Shown here: positions 37,902 to 48,943 of the stretch, one piece after another
Layout of the letters: each line of letters begins with the position of its first letter
Position numbering within the stretch: position 1 is the stretch's first letter
Assembly: GCA_024275485.1 (NCBI GenBank)
Contig: JAJRZA010000053.1
Span: 24,608-88,607, forward strand
Length of the DNA: 64,000 bases
Origin: Candidatus Krumholzibacteriota bacterium
GTDB taxonomy: Bacteria; Krumholzibacteriota; Krumholzibacteriia; LZORAL124-64-63
Direction of reading: 5' to 3'
The notes under the pieces: generated by a model
What the model saw: the letters and a program-made list of their open reading frames with translations, nothing else
Databases searched by the model: none
Told to the model about the DNA's origin: nothing
Program-made: the position numbers and the translations under genes

Positions 37902-39188
37902 ATGCAAAAAAAACTGTACCGAACCGTTGAGAACCTCTTGGCGAGGGTGGACCATTCAGGGGGCAGCGAGCAGGCCCTCATCGATATCCTGCATCTGCTG
38001 GTGGAAAGTGACGACACCGCCAGCCGGGGGGTGGTCAGCGGCCGCCTGTATATCGAGCGGGAGAACGACTACAAACTCATCAAGAGCATCGGAGGACACG
38101 GCCCGGACATCGCCGGCAAGACCGTCAGCAAAAACTACCAGATTGTTCGCGATATCCTTGAGCACCGTTTGTGGGTCATCTCTCCTGACAGCCCCGGGTT
38201 TGATCCCGAGTTGGAAGCCCAGTTCTCCGATGTGGACTCCGCAGCCATCCTTATCGGCCGCGACCCATCCTACATCCTGAGCCTGGGCATCCGCCACCAT
38301 GGCAGCGAAGACGACCTGAGGGTCCTATTGGAAACCCTGCGTGCTTCGGTGGGCATCAAGTTGCGCGAGCAGGCCCTGACCAGCCAGATGAAGCAGGCCT
38401 TCATCATTCAACAATCCCTGCTGCCGGCGAGAATGCCGGACTTCGAGGGTTACGACATTTCCGCCGTCAGTATTCCGGCTGAAGAAGTGGGTGGCGATGT
38501 CTACGATATTCAGGAAGTGGAAAGTGGTGTTCTGGGCCTGATGATGGCCGATGCCAGCGGCCATGGATTACCGGCCGCCCTGCAGGCCCGCGACGTGGTC
38601 ATCGGCCTGCGCATGGGCCAGGCCGAAGGGGAAAAAATTACCGGCACCGTGGCCCGCCTGAACAGGGTGATCCACAGCAGCGGATTGACCAGCCGATTCA
38701 TCTCCCTGTTTTATGCCGAGTTGGAATCCGCGGGAAACCTGACCTATGTGAATGGAGGACATTGCCCACCGTTGCTGATCACTCCCGGAAAGAAAGTCTA
38801 TGAGTTGAAAATATCCGGCCCAGTGCTAGGTCCACTGCCCGACGCATCCTACGGCCGGGGTTACCTGACCATTAAGCCTTCGGAGGTTCTGGTTGTTTTT
38901 TCCGACGGCGTAACCGAGCGCCACGAGCCCGATGATGCCCTAAACGACCCCGACAGCGAGGTCATTCCCGTGGAATTCGGCCGTGAAGGGCTCATTGAAG
39001 TCATCACCGAAAACCTTGAAAAAAATGCGGATGGAATTGTCCAGGCTATCCTTTCGGCAGTGAAAAAATTCGGAATCAACCGGCCCTTTGAGGATGATGT
39101 CAGTCTGATGGTGATCAAGCGACTCCCGGCGGAGAATTATCCACCAGCGGAATCGCTGACCTTGTTGTCCACCGAAACCAGACGATAG
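37902..39188 (+). CDS. PP2C/SpoIIE-family phosphatase with N-terminal GAF-like domain
   Basis: EVGGDVYD, MADASGHGLPAAL, YVNGGHCPP, FSDGVTE and DDVSLMVIKR motifs. Confidence 0.93.
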   Translation: MQKKLYRTVENLLARVDHSGGSEQALIDILHLLVESDDTASRGVVSGRLYIERENDYKLIKSIGGHGPDIAGKTVSKNYQIVRDILEHRLWVISPDSPGFDPELEAQFSDVDSAAILIGRDPSYILSLGIRHHGSEDDLRVLLETLRASVGIKLREQALTSQMKQAFIIQQSLLPARMPDFEGYDISAVSIPAEEVGGDVYDIQEVESGVLGLMMADASGHGLPAALQARDVVIGLRMGQAEGEKITGTVARLNRVIHSSGLTSRFISLFYAELESAGNLTYVNGGHCPPLLITPGKKVYELKISGPVLGPLPDASYGRGYLTIKPSEVLVVFSDGVTERHEPDDALNDPDSEVIPVEFGREGLIEVITENLEKNADGIVQAILSAVKKFGINRPFEDDVSLMVIKRLPAENYPPAESLTLLSTETRR

Positions 39189-40846
39189 AGCGCCACCGTC
39201 CAGGGTTGCGGTTCCCGCAGCCCAACCCCTTCAATAATGCAGCTATCGATCAACTCAAACCGCACCCCATGTAAGGTCTTGCCTTCCCAGCGGGGCATCC
39301 CCTCACTACGATCCACAAAGTAGTCCGGTCGCCGACCGCTGCCGAGTTCACGGGTTTCCAGCCAGGCACCACTTGCCACCATCTCCTGAAAACCGATGCG
39401 CCTGCCCAGCTCCAGGATTTCTGGACTCACCAAGCCCATCAGGTCCAGGACTCGCCGTTCGCTGGCGTATCCCACGGCCCCGATATCCAGCGCGGCAATG
39501 ACGGCATCCTCGGCAGTGTTTTCACTCAACCACTCGCCCAAGCCCCAATAACATTCCCGCACTCCCCTGGGAAATTTCTCGGCATGGGGAACAACCATGG
39601 TTGAAAAAATCCACACATTGCCCAACAGGGTCAGCACCACGCCGCCAATAAGAACCCCACTGCCCATCCTGCGACCCCGCGGGCCAACCCGTTGCCCATT
39701 CATCAGCCACTCGGCAATCAGGGCCATGGCCAACAGCAAAACCGGCGCCAGGGGACTCACGTAGCGGGAGATAACCCAAACCTGTTTAACCGCATAGCCC
39801 CCGAGAAGAACCACGAACCAGGTTCCGGCAATACCCAACAGGGCCACCGGGCCCCAAACCGACCAGGGCCCGTGCCCGGCGGCCAGCTGCCTCTGTTCGT
39901 CGTAACTGTTACCCTCTTGTTCAACCTCTTCCCAGATCGTATCCAGATTCCGGCTGTTGCGAACCAGTACCAATACAATCAACAGGAGTATCACCATCCA
40001 CAATATTCCCTGGGTTGCGGCCAGTTGCTTCAGGGCCATCAGAAAGTATTGCAGGATTTCCATAAATGAAGCTGGATCAACTGATGATTTCGCCGCCGCG
40101 GTGCCGGGAGTTATTCGCCCAAAAGCATGCCAGGCGTAAGCCAACCAGGGCACAACCACCAGAGCCCAGCCAGCCATGGCCGCCAGCAGAGGTCCATGGG
40201 GTCGAGCCGTGTGGCGACCGCTGATTCCACCGACGCTGCCAGCCCTGAAATATTCAAACCAGAGTAGCCAGGGAAGTGCCAGCGGGGCCAATATCATAAA
40301 TTCAGGTCGTACCAAACCGGCCGAACCTGCCACCACACCCCAACTCAGATATCGACGCCAGAGAGCTTCGCGCGTCACCCCCCAACCAAGGTCCCTTCCG
40401 GTAACCAGAGGCCATAACAACAGGAGTAAAAAGGCCGTGGCCAAGGGTGTTTCCATGCCGGAAAAGGTCCAGCGAAGAAACCAGACATCGGCCGTGGCCA
40501 ACAACAGAAGCGTACCTTTCCAGAAGGCTGAAAAAGTCATTCGTTCCAGAATGTTGTCCAAAACAATGATCATGAGCAGGCCGCAGAAGCACCCCAGGAG
40601 CCAGGCGGCGACAAAAGGCGGCAGGCCAATTTTAAGGAGAAAAGCCAGACCGAAAATCCAGAGTGGGCTGGTAGCGCCATAGCTGCCTTGTCCCGGATTG
40701 AAGGAAAATTCCCCCCGCTCGATCAGGTTGTGGGCATAGCGTAGGTGGATGTAGGTATCATCGGTAATGTATCCCCGCAAAGCCCAGCCGGCGCTGGCCA
40801 GGACAACCATTGCCAGCAAAAGTCGGATAGTGCGGGATCTATTCAT
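39137..40846 (-). CDS. Multi-pass membrane protein, GT-C-fold glycosyltransferase-like
   Basis: TDDTYIHLRYAHNL, FNPG, GATSPLW, SGMETPL, LVRPE, RYVSP, DIGAVGY and DLMGLVSP motifs; many TM segments. Confidence 0.75.
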   Translation of the reverse strand: MNRSRTIRLLLAMVVLASAGWALRGYITDDTYIHLRYAHNLIERGEFSFNPGQGSYGATSPLWIFGLAFLLKIGLPPFVAAWLLGCFCGLLMIIVLDNILERMTFSAFWKGTLLLLATADVWFLRWTFSGMETPLATAFLLLLLWPLVTGRDLGWGVTREALWRRYLSWGVVAGSAGLVRPEFMILAPLALPWLLWFEYFRAGSVGGISGRHTARPHGPLLAAMAGWALVVVPWLAYAWHAFGRITPGTAAAKSSVDPASFMEILQYFLMALKQLAATQGILWMVILLLIVLVLVRNSRNLDTIWEEVEQEGNSYDEQRQLAAGHGPWSVWGPVALLGIAGTWFVVLLGGYAVKQVWVISRYVSPLAPVLLLAMALIAEWLMNGQRVGPRGRRMGSGVLIGGVVLTLLGNVWIFSTMVVPHAEKFPRGVRECYWGLGEWLSENTAEDAVIAALDIGAVGYASERRVLDLMGLVSPEILELGRRIGFQEMVASGAWLETRELGSGRRPDYFVDRSEGMPRWEGKTLHGVRFELIDSCIIEGVGLREPQPWTVALYRLVSVDNKVSDSAGG

Positions 40847-40861
40847 GGAAAGTCATTCCAA

Positions 40862-42025
40862 CTACTTCAGGAACATGGGTAAAGATTGAACCCGTCGGAT
40901 CACTGGACGATAGGCATCCTTGTCGTAAAAACGATCCACGTCAACTCGTTTGACCCCTTCGATCACGGAGTTCAGCCCAACAGTAGTGTACTTGCCGTCC
41001 TGCAGGGCGGTCATCAATCCGCTGGCACCGTCAAAGAGCATGTCCATGGCCAGGTTGGCGAAGTTCATGGCCACCATGCGGTCAAGGGCATCGGGCGCTC
41101 CGCAGCGCATCATGTAACCCAACTGCTGAAAAGTCACATCGTGCCCCGTGAGTTCCTTGACCTTGTTGGCTACCCAGTTGCCCACTCCACCCAATTTTTG
41201 GTGCCCATAGGCATCTTTTTCACCGGACTGGGAAATGTCACCGCCAATGGGGATGGCGCCTTCGCTGATGGTCATCATGGCATAGTTGCTGGGGTTGAGT
41301 TCCTTGTCCTGAACTATCATCTCAGCCAGTTTTTCCACATCGAAAGGCACTTCCGAGATGAGGGCCCGATCCACATTGGCCAAATAGCTGGCCACCAGGC
41401 TGGTTTCTCCACTGTTGCGGCCAAAGAGTTCCACCAGGCCAATGCGCTCATGACTGCCGATGGGTGTGCGCAAATCGTTCAACGCCTGCACGCTGCGGGT
41501 GATGGCTGTGCCAAACCCAATGCAGTAGTCAGTGCCGTATACGTCGTTGTCCATGGTTTTGGGGATGGCGATCTGGGGATATCCGGCCAGGTTCAAACGG
41601 GCGGCATAACTGAGAGTGTCGTCGCCGCCGATGGGAATCAGGGCATCAATTTCCAGGCTTTCAAGATTGGCCACCACCGTATCAGTGATGTCCACCGGAT
41701 ATTTCCGACAATCATTTTTGAGGTGCTCGGGCATATCTTTTTCGCGAACTTTGCCTGGATTGGTACGGCTGGTATGCAAAAAGGTGCCGCCGGTGCGATC
41801 GATGGTGCGCACGTCATCGTATTCAAGAGGCATGACCCATTCGGAGTTACCGTCCAGGCCCAGGTCGGGCTGGAAATTGGCCAAACCACCCCACCCCCGC
41901 CGAAAACCGTATACTTCAAGGCCTTCATTTTTGGCCCGGTGCACAACCTGTTTCATGGCCGAGTTGAGTCCCGGAACATCACCGCCACCGGTCAGGATGG
42001 CAATTCTCCGCATGCGCCTCTTCAT
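40862..42025 (-). CDS. pfkA: 6-phosphofructokinase with PPi-dependent signature
   Basis: [40 protein letters not shown] and LGYMMR motifs. Confidence 0.93.
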   Translation of the reverse strand: MKRRMRRIAILTGGGDVPGLNSAMKQVVHRAKNEGLEVYGFRRGWGGLANFQPDLGLDGNSEWVMPLEYDDVRTIDRTGGTFLHTSRTNPGKVREKDMPEHLKNDCRKYPVDITDTVVANLESLEIDALIPIGGDDTLSYAARLNLAGYPQIAIPKTMDNDVYGTDYCIGFGTAITRSVQALNDLRTPIGSHERIGLVELFGRNSGETSLVASYLANVDRALISEVPFDVEKLAEMIVQDKELNPSNYAMMTISEGAIPIGGDISQSGEKDAYGHQKLGGVGNWVANKVKELTGHDVTFQQLGYMMRCGAPDALDRMVAMNFANLAMDMLFDGASGLMTALQDGKYTTVGLNSVIEGVKRVDVDRFYDKDAYRPVIRRVQSLPMFLK

Positions 42026-42098
42026 TGTCCCTTCTCCTTAATAACTGGACAACCTTGTCCAAAAATGAAGTAATCCCTGGAAGCCCCACAGCAAGAGC

Positions 42099-43133
42099 CT
42101 AATCGCCTTCAGGGAATTCGCAATGGCAACCGTCAGCCAGAAAGGTGCCTTCACAGCTCATTTGCGCCAGAGCGCGCACGTCGTTTTCACTGAAACCGAA
42201 GGCATCAATGGCCATACCGTATTCTTTGGTGAGACTTGTATTGGAAACAGTCGGGTTGTCGGTGCAGAGAGCCACCTTCACCCCGGCATCCAAAAAGCGT
42301 GGCAGCGGGTGGTTTTCCAGTTTGTCGATGGCGCCTGTGTGCAGGTTCGAAGAAAGACAAACTTCCAAGTAGACACCGTCGGCAGCCAGACGCTTGATCA
42401 ATTCCTTATCCTGTCCCGCGCTAGTGCCGTGACCAATGCGATGAGGGCCGAGATAGTCCAGGGCTTCCCAGATTCTTTCCGGGCCTTCGCTCTCACCGGC
42501 ATGGGCCGTTGTCATCAGGCCCATTTTGGTAGCCAGACTGTAGGCATCCTTAAAGAGAACCGGCGGAAAAGGTGCCTCATGCCCGGCAATATCAAACCCT
42601 ACCACCCCTACACCATTGTGGAACTCCTCTTTTTCACCCACCACCTCACGCAAAAGAATGCGGGCCATGTTTCCCCCGTGGTTGCGCATGGCGATCACGA
42701 TGATACCCACTTTGAAATCAGGATGATCTTTGCCGAAAGTGGAAAAGCCCTTGCGGGTGGCGGCCAGAACTTGACGGTTGGTCAACCCCGCACGCCTGTG
42801 AATCAAGGGGTTGAGACGCAGTTCCAGCAGCCTAATGCCATCGTTGTAGGCATCTTCAGCAAGTTCGTAGGAGATGCGCCGGATATTGTCGTAAAATTGG
42901 GTGTATTGCAGGGGCAAATGGAATTTGTCGAGATAATCCAGCAGGGTATTGTCCAGGTTGTCGTCCCATTGCAGATAGTGACAAAATTGCTGGAAATCCA
43001 AGCCGGGCACAGCGCTGTAGTAGGTCTCGGAAAGTTCCCAAAGGGTTTCGGGTCGGATGGAACCGTCGAAATGACGGTGAATATCGGTCAGGGGCAGGCT
43101 TTTCAGCAATTCTTTCTTTTGATTCGCATTCAT
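42099..43133 (-). CDS. add: Adenosine deaminase
   Basis: DIHRHFDGS, GFDIAG, TAHAGE, RIGHG, EVCLSSN and CTDNP motifs. Confidence 0.92.
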   Translation of the reverse strand: MNANQKKELLKSLPLTDIHRHFDGSIRPETLWELSETYYSAVPGLDFQQFCHYLQWDDNLDNTLLDYLDKFHLPLQYTQFYDNIRRISYELAEDAYNDGIRLLELRLNPLIHRRAGLTNRQVLAATRKGFSTFGKDHPDFKVGIIVIAMRNHGGNMARILLREVVGEKEEFHNGVGVVGFDIAGHEAPFPPVLFKDAYSLATKMGLMTTAHAGESEGPERIWEALDYLGPHRIGHGTSAGQDKELIKRLAADGVYLEVCLSSNLHTGAIDKLENHPLPRFLDAGVKVALCTDNPTVSNTSLTKEYGMAIDAFGFSENDVRALAQMSCEGTFLADGCHCEFPEGD

Positions 43134-43311
43134 GAAGGCACCTCTTTTATTCTCTCTAAAATTTGGCCTAGGATAGCCATGGATTGGCTGAATGTCCAGA
43201 ATTCAGGAATTCCATTTTAGTATTGTAGGAGATAGACGAAAACTATTGAGTCATTTACCATGATCGTCAAACCCGGCGACCAGCGCCGACAACCATTGAA
43301 GGAGTGCGGGG

Positions 43312-44298
43312 ATGTTCAATCGCGAGATCTTGAATATCGACTTTGAGAATGAGGCCAGGGAAATCTGCAGCAAGTGGCGAGAGATTGTAGTCAAACGCCT
43401 GATGCGACGGGGTGCGGTGGTAGCCATCAGCGGCGGCATCGACAGCAGCTGTTGCGCAGGGTTGGCAGTGCGCGCCTTTGGTCAAAAAAAAGTATTCGGA
43501 CTGCTGTTGCCCGAACGGGACAGTTCCTCTGCCAGCGTCGATCTTGGTCGCCAGCTGGCCGAGCACCTGGATATTGATTTCACCATAGAAAACATCCAAC
43601 CCACCCTTGCGGCCATTGGCTGTTATGAAAGATACGATGCTGCGGTAAAGTCGGTTTTTCCTCACTTCGCAGAAGGCTGGAAAAGCAAAATCGTCCTGCC
43701 CGACGACCTTCTCAACAGCGATCGCATGAATTTCTACCGTCTAGTTGTCCAGGATCCCAGCGGTGAAATGATGACCCAACGGCTCCCTGTGCAGGCGTAT
43801 CTGGAGATTGTTGCAGCCACCAACTTCAAGCAGCGAATCCGCAAAACCCTGGAATATTTCCACGCCGATCGTTTGAACTACGCCGTCACCGGCACACCCA
43901 ACCGATTGGAATACGACCAGGGATTCTTTGTGAAAAACGGTGATGGTGCAGCCGATGTGAAACCCATCGCCCACCTCTACAAGACCCAGGTCTACAACAT
44001 GGCCAAATACATGGGGTTGCCGGAGGACATTTGCAGCTCAACCCCCACCACGGACACCTACAGCCTGCAGCAAGGTCAGGATGAATTCTATTTCGTCCTT
44101 CCCTATCCCGAAATGGATCTTCTGCTCTGGGCCAAAAATCACCAGGTGAGCGCCGACAACACCGCCCAGGTCATGGGCCTTGAAACCGCCCAAGTGGAAC
44201 GGGTATTCAAGGATATCGACCGCAAACGGGCCACCACCCTGCCCCTTCACCTGGCCGGATTACTTGTAAAGGAAGTACCGGAAATCATCAAATTGTAG
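43312..44298 (+). CDS. nadE: NH3-dependent NAD+ synthetase
   Basis: ISGGIDSS, NFKQRIRK, GTPNRLEYDQGFFVKNGDG, KPIAHLYKTQVY and PTTDTY motifs. Confidence 0.92.
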   Translation: MFNREILNIDFENEAREICSKWREIVVKRLMRRGAVVAISGGIDSSCCAGLAVRAFGQKKVFGLLLPERDSSSASVDLGRQLAEHLDIDFTIENIQPTLAAIGCYERYDAAVKSVFPHFAEGWKSKIVLPDDLLNSDRMNFYRLVVQDPSGEMMTQRLPVQAYLEIVAATNFKQRIRKTLEYFHADRLNYAVTGTPNRLEYDQGFFVKNGDGAADVKPIAHLYKTQVYNMAKYMGLPEDICSSTPTTDTYSLQQGQDEFYFVLPYPEMDLLLWAKNHQVSADNTAQVMGLETAQVERVFKDIDRKRATTLPLHLAGLLVKEVPEIIKL

Positions 44299-44407
44299 TT
44301 AAGTAATTTGCCAGATTGGAGTATTAGTGTAAGTTTAGGGAAATGATAACCTATTCCATTCAGGTGGGAGTTTTCATCTGGTGGATCAACCTGGGGGTAC
44401 TATCAGA

Positions 44408-44857
44408 ATGAAAGTCAATACCAAGGTCCGCTACGGGCTGCGAGCGATCCTGCAAATTGCCGAAGGTTATGGCAAGGATCCTGTGCCAATCAGTGCCATC
44501 AGTGAAAGTCAGGAGATAAGCAGCAAATACCTGGAACAGGTTGTCGGGACCCTGCGCAAATCGGGTCTGATCACCAGTCGCAAGGGTGTTCACGGTGGTT
44601 ATCATCTGGCCCGCTCCCCGGAAGAGATCGACCTCTGGGAAATCATCACCGCCCTGGATAACCATACAACCCTTGTGGATTGCGTCAATGACGTCGGCAT
44701 CTGTGATCGTTCCAGCGATTGCCTGACCAGGTCAATCTGGACTTTGCTGAGCCTTCGCATGCAGGAATTCTGGACCAGCTTCAAACTCTCCGATCTGCTA
44801 AATACCATGCATGCCCCCGGCGATGTAGTTCTTCAGGAACTTGGTGATTTGAGCTGA
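44408..44857 (+). CDS. Rrf2-family transcriptional regulator with three Cys (IscR/NsrR-like Fe-S type)
   Basis: KVRYGLRA, YLEQV, SRKGVHGGYHLAR and DCVNDVGICDRSSDC motifs. Confidence 0.93.
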   Translation: MKVNTKVRYGLRAILQIAEGYGKDPVPISAISESQEISSKYLEQVVGTLRKSGLITSRKGVHGGYHLARSPEEIDLWEIITALDNHTTLVDCVNDVGICDRSSDCLTRSIWTLLSLRMQEFWTSFKLSDLLNTMHAPGDVVLQELGDLS

Positions 44858-44901
44858 TCCGGCTCACCTGGACCGGTATCAAAGAGGACGAGATAAATTT
44901 T

Positions 44902-44930
44902 GCGCCCTCCCTACCCGGTGGGCGCTTTTT
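44902..44930 (+). terminator. Intrinsic terminator after the Rrf2 gene
   Basis: gcgccc-N12-gggcgc followed by ttttt. Confidence 0.7.
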
Positions 44931-45059
44931 CGGGGCCAATTTCATCCACTCTATTTCCCCAATTCCTTTGAAAGACCGTTGACTATCATCAACAATGGAA
45001 CAACCTTTGCATTCTGAGGAGCAATTGAGGTTCAACTTACCAAAATGGGGATTCAAGCC

Positions 45060-46052
45060 ATGAAATTCGTTGAGATTCTGCAGGCCAAGGCCGCTGAAAT
45101 GGAAAAAACCATCGTCCTGCCCGAAGCTGATGATGAGCGCATGCTGCAGGCCGCAGGTCGGATTACCGAAACCGGTCTCGCTTCGATTATCCTGCTGGGC
45201 AATGCCGAGGCGATTAGTGCAAAGCTGAATGAACTGGACATCACCCCTCAGAACCTGACCATCATCGACCCCGAATTGTCCACCTACCGACTGGATTTCA
45301 CTCGGTATTACCATGAAGTCCGCAAACACAAGGGCCTCAGTGAGGACGAAGCTGCGGTCATTATGAAGGACCCCCTCTTTTTTGGCGCCATGCTGGTTAA
45401 AAAAGGCATGGCAGATGGAATGGTGGCCGGCGCGGTGAACTCCACAGGCAATGTCCTGCGAGCCGGGTTCCAGATCATTGGCATGGCCGAAGGAACCAAC
45501 ATCGTCTCGAGCTGCTTTGTGATGGTCAAACCCGAATGGGATTTCGGTGAAAACGGCATGATCGTCTTTGGCGACTGCGCTGTGAACCCCCAGCCCGACG
45601 CCGACCAGCTGGCCGACATCGCCATCGACACCGCCGACACCGCCCGGGCTTTGTGTGGTTTCGAACCCAAGGTGGCAATGCTCAGTTACAGCACCGGAAC
45701 CAGCGGCGCTGGCCCTGATGTGGACAAGGTCGTTGAAGCGACCAGCCTGGTTAAGGAAAAAGCCCCCAACCTGATTGTGGATGGCCCTTTGCAACTGGAT
45801 GCCGCCATCGTACCCTCGGTGGGCCAGTCCAAGGCTCCGGACAGCCCGGTTGCCGGACAAGCCAATGTGGTAATTTTCCCTGATCTTGACGCCGGTAACA
45901 TCGGCTATAAACTGGTCCAAAGATTGGCGGGCGCCGAAGCCGTAGGTCCCATCCTGCAGGGCATGGCCAAAGGCGTGAACGATCTTTCCCGTGGCTGCAG
46001 TGCCGACGACATCGTCAACGTGGTGGCCATCACCGCTCTTCAGTGCAAATAA
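45060..46052 (+). CDS. pta: Phosphate acetyltransferase
   Basis: IVLPEADDER, ADGMVAGA, FGDCAVNP, KVAMLSYST, DGPLQLDAA, FPDLDAGNIGYK and VNDLSRG motifs. Confidence 0.97.
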   Translation: MKFVEILQAKAAEMEKTIVLPEADDERMLQAAGRITETGLASIILLGNAEAISAKLNELDITPQNLTIIDPELSTYRLDFTRYYHEVRKHKGLSEDEAAVIMKDPLFFGAMLVKKGMADGMVAGAVNSTGNVLRAGFQIIGMAEGTNIVSSCFVMVKPEWDFGENGMIVFGDCAVNPQPDADQLADIAIDTADTARALCGFEPKVAMLSYSTGTSGAGPDVDKVVEATSLVKEKAPNLIVDGPLQLDAAIVPSVGQSKAPDSPVAGQANVVIFPDLDAGNIGYKLVQRLAGAEAVGPILQGMAKGVNDLSRGCSADDIVNVVAITALQCK

Positions 46053-46071
46053 ACAGGAGCGACCGGGAACA

Positions 46072-47274
46072 ATGAAAAATGTCCTGGTAATCAATTGCGG
46101 CAGCAGTTCCCTCAAGTACCAGTTGCTGGACATGGTGGACGAAACCGTCCTGGCCAAGGGTTTGGTTGAACGCATTGGCCTGCAGGAAGGGATCCACACC
46201 CTGATCTGTCCCGGCAGTGACGACTTCGAGGAAATCCTCCCCATTGATGATCATGCCAAAGCAATTGAACTGGTCATTAATGCCCTGGTCAATCCCGGCC
46301 ACGGCGTGATCGAATCCATGGACGCGGTGCACGCCGTGGGACATCGTGTTGTCCATGCCGGTGAAAAGTTCAGTGGTTCGGCGCCTATTACCGACGAGGT
46401 CATTGCCGCTTTGCAGGAATGCGTAGCACTGGCCCCCTTGCACAACCCGGCCAACATCACCGGCATCCAAGCTTGCCAAAGAGTGATGCCCAAGGTGCCC
46501 ATGGTGGCCGTTTTCGACACCGCCTTCCACCAAAGCATGCCCGACCGTGCCTACATCTACCCCATCCCGTACTACCTGTATGAAGAGCACAAAATTCGTC
46601 GCTACGGTTTCCACGGCACCAGTCACCGCTATATCACCTTGCGGGCGGCTGAAATCATGGAATGCACACCTGCGGACCTGAACCTGATCACCTGTCACCT
46701 TGGCAACGGTGCTTCTATGTCGGCCATTTGCGGGGGCCAATCCATCGACACCAGTATGGGTCTGACACCCCTGGAGGGTTTGATGATGGGCACTCGCAGC
46801 GGCGACATCGACCCGGCCATGGTTGGTTTTCTGAGTCGTAAGCTCAACAAGGACCTGTCCGAGATCGAAGAGATGCTCAACAAGGAAAGCGGTATGCTCG
46901 GCATCAGCGGTATCAGCAGTGACCTGCGAGATGTAGAACGCGAATACGCCAACGGCAACGACCGCGCCCGCCTCGCCCTCGAAGTCTACGGCTACCACAT
47001 CCGCAAATACATCGGTGCCTACGCCGTAGCCCTCGGCCGCCTCGACGCCATAGTCTTCACCGCCGGCGTCGGTGAACACGCCTCCCTGGTCCGGGAATGG
47101 GCCTGTCAGGGCCTGGAAGCCATCGGCGCCATCCTGGACCCCTTCAAGAACGCCACCCGCCACGACGAAGCCATCATCTCCAAAATGAGCAGCCGCGTCA
47201 AAATTATGATTATTCCCACTAACGAAGAACTTATGATCGCCAGGGATACTGCAGCGCTGGTATTGGATCACTGA
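46072..47274 (+). CDS. ackA: Acetate kinase
   Basis: LVINCGSSSLKY, VGHRVVH, LAPLHNP, VFDTAFH, RYGFHGTSH, HLGNGAS, TRSGDIDP, FTAGVGE and PTNEE motifs. Confidence 0.98.
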   Translation: MKNVLVINCGSSSLKYQLLDMVDETVLAKGLVERIGLQEGIHTLICPGSDDFEEILPIDDHAKAIELVINALVNPGHGVIESMDAVHAVGHRVVHAGEKFSGSAPITDEVIAALQECVALAPLHNPANITGIQACQRVMPKVPMVAVFDTAFHQSMPDRAYIYPIPYYLYEEHKIRRYGFHGTSHRYITLRAAEIMECTPADLNLITCHLGNGASMSAICGGQSIDTSMGLTPLEGLMMGTRSGDIDPAMVGFLSRKLNKDLSEIEEMLNKESGMLGISGISSDLRDVEREYANGNDRARLALEVYGYHIRKYIGAYAVALGRLDAIVFTAGVGEHASLVREWACQGLEAIGAILDPFKNATRHDEAIISKMSSRVKIMIIPTNEELMIARDTAALVLDH

Positions 47275-47520
47275 TAAGGTTTTCCTGCCGGTTGTGCGTA
47301 AGTGGGCGGGGGGATATTGGCATTTTTATGAAAACAGAAAATGATCGAAAAGTGGTGTCCTTGTATTAGCTTATTCAAAGGACATGAAGCAGGCGTTGTC
47401 GGTTTATTGCTGATTTCCCGGTGAATCCCGTGATATCCCAATAACCAACAAGTTAACACCCACCCTTTTGTGCAATTCTTCCTGTCCGATATTAACTATG
47501 CTTCAATACCGAAACCACCA

Positions 47521-48453
47521 CTAATTTGCCGCCATTTGAGACTTTCGAGTGAAGTGGAAGGAGCCTCGCATTACCACTGCGCCTGAAGCAGTAAGAGTTA
47601 CGCCGGTTATCGTGTCGTGGGTCTTGTTGACTGATAGTTGGGCTGTGGTAGGACGGCCCAGGCTGTGGCCTTGTTCGGTCAGGATTTTTGTGATGGGAGT
47701 TGAGGGCATTAGTTGGCGGTCAGCTATGTAGCTGGCGGCGGCGGCCAAGCTGGTTCCGCTGGCGATATCTTCGTTATGGCCCATTTTCGGGTGGAAAAAA
47801 CGGCAGTGGAAGTCCAAATCGTTGTCGATGGTTTCAGGGCAGATCAGGGTCAGGCCGCCAACACCGCGGCGGTCGGTGAGGCTGGCGATTGCGGCTGTGT
47901 CCAGAAAAGGGCCACGGATGGTTTGGCGGTTCGATACCGGAACAATGATCTGGTCGAAACCGCAGGAAATTCTCTGGGGACCATGGTCGCCCAATCGCAA
48001 ATAATCAGGATCCACTTTCAGGGCTGCGGCAACCTCTTGGGCGGGCACCGGTTCGCCGAAGCGCGGGGCGGGCAACTCCACGGAAATAAGCGTTTCGCCC
48101 TTGGAATTCAGCCTGAGAGTAACAGGCAGGATGCCTGACCCGGTCTCCAAGCGAATATTTGTTCCACCGGGAGTCGGTTTGAAAAAACCTCTATCGGCCA
48201 TGGAGGCAAAGGCGGCGATCACCACATGACCGCTCAGGTTGGCTTCCAAACGGCTGGTAAAAAAGCGTAGCCGCACGTCGGCCCCAGGCATGGCCGGCGG
48301 CAGGACAAAGCCGGCCTCCATGGAGAGTTCGTCGGTAATCTGCAACATTTCCGCTTCAGTGAGGCTCGATGCGTTGGGAATGATCGCAGCCGGATTCCCG
48401 GTGAATGGGCGATCAGCAAAGGCATCGACGATATGAAAGGGAATAATAGCCAT
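47521..48453 (-). CDS. PhzF-family isomerase/epimerase
   Basis: VDAFADRPFTGNPAA, RFFTSRLEANLSGH, RFFHP and EDIASGT motifs; aaagagg RBS before ATG 48453. Confidence 0.88.
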   Translation of the reverse strand: MAIIPFHIVDAFADRPFTGNPAAIIPNASSLTEAEMLQITDELSMEAGFVLPPAMPGADVRLRFFTSRLEANLSGHVVIAAFASMADRGFFKPTPGGTNIRLETGSGILPVTLRLNSKGETLISVELPAPRFGEPVPAQEVAAALKVDPDYLRLGDHGPQRISCGFDQIIVPVSNRQTIRGPFLDTAAIASLTDRRGVGGLTLICPETIDNDLDFHCRFFHPKMGHNEDIASGTSLAAAASYIADRQLMPSTPITKILTEQGHSLGRPTTAQLSVNKTHDTITGVTLTASGAVVMRGSFHFTRKSQMAAN

Positions 48454-48943
48454 GACGACCTCTTTCGACGGGGCAATGCTCGCGCATCGCCGGCCGGGCC
48501 GGTTACAATAGGGGTGGCGGTAGGGTAGCTCCATCTTCCACTTGTCGCCAATCACCGTACGGAAACCGGAAAGTGACACAGGGCGATGACCCTTGAGGCT
48601 ACTGATGTTGGATTCTTGGGTGTGGAAACGATCCTCAACAGATCAAAGTTATCCTAGCAGAAAAAGTGACTGGGCACAAGAGTCTCAAACTGGACACCAA
48701 GTTGGGATGAGTTGTGGCCCCGAAAATGTTTCTCCCTACCCGAGGACAGGCGAACAGAAGTGATGACACGTATTCCGGTGTTGGGCGAGGCCGGAATAAT
48801 CAAATCAGCAATGGCCCAGCCTGAGTGGATAGTCCGAGACGTTATGAAATAGTCTTGCTAGAATCATGGATATCCCTTGCCCCAAGCGCCAAGGATGGCT
48901 TTTTTTATTTGAATCACCGTATTGAGTTTTTTGAAAGGCAACC

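Noticed and set aside
43133-43312. Switch from minus-strand to plus-strand genes as a possible replication origin
   Set aside because: Spot counts on both sides show the plus strand C-rich throughout (no skew inversion). There is no dnaA or DnaA-box cluster.
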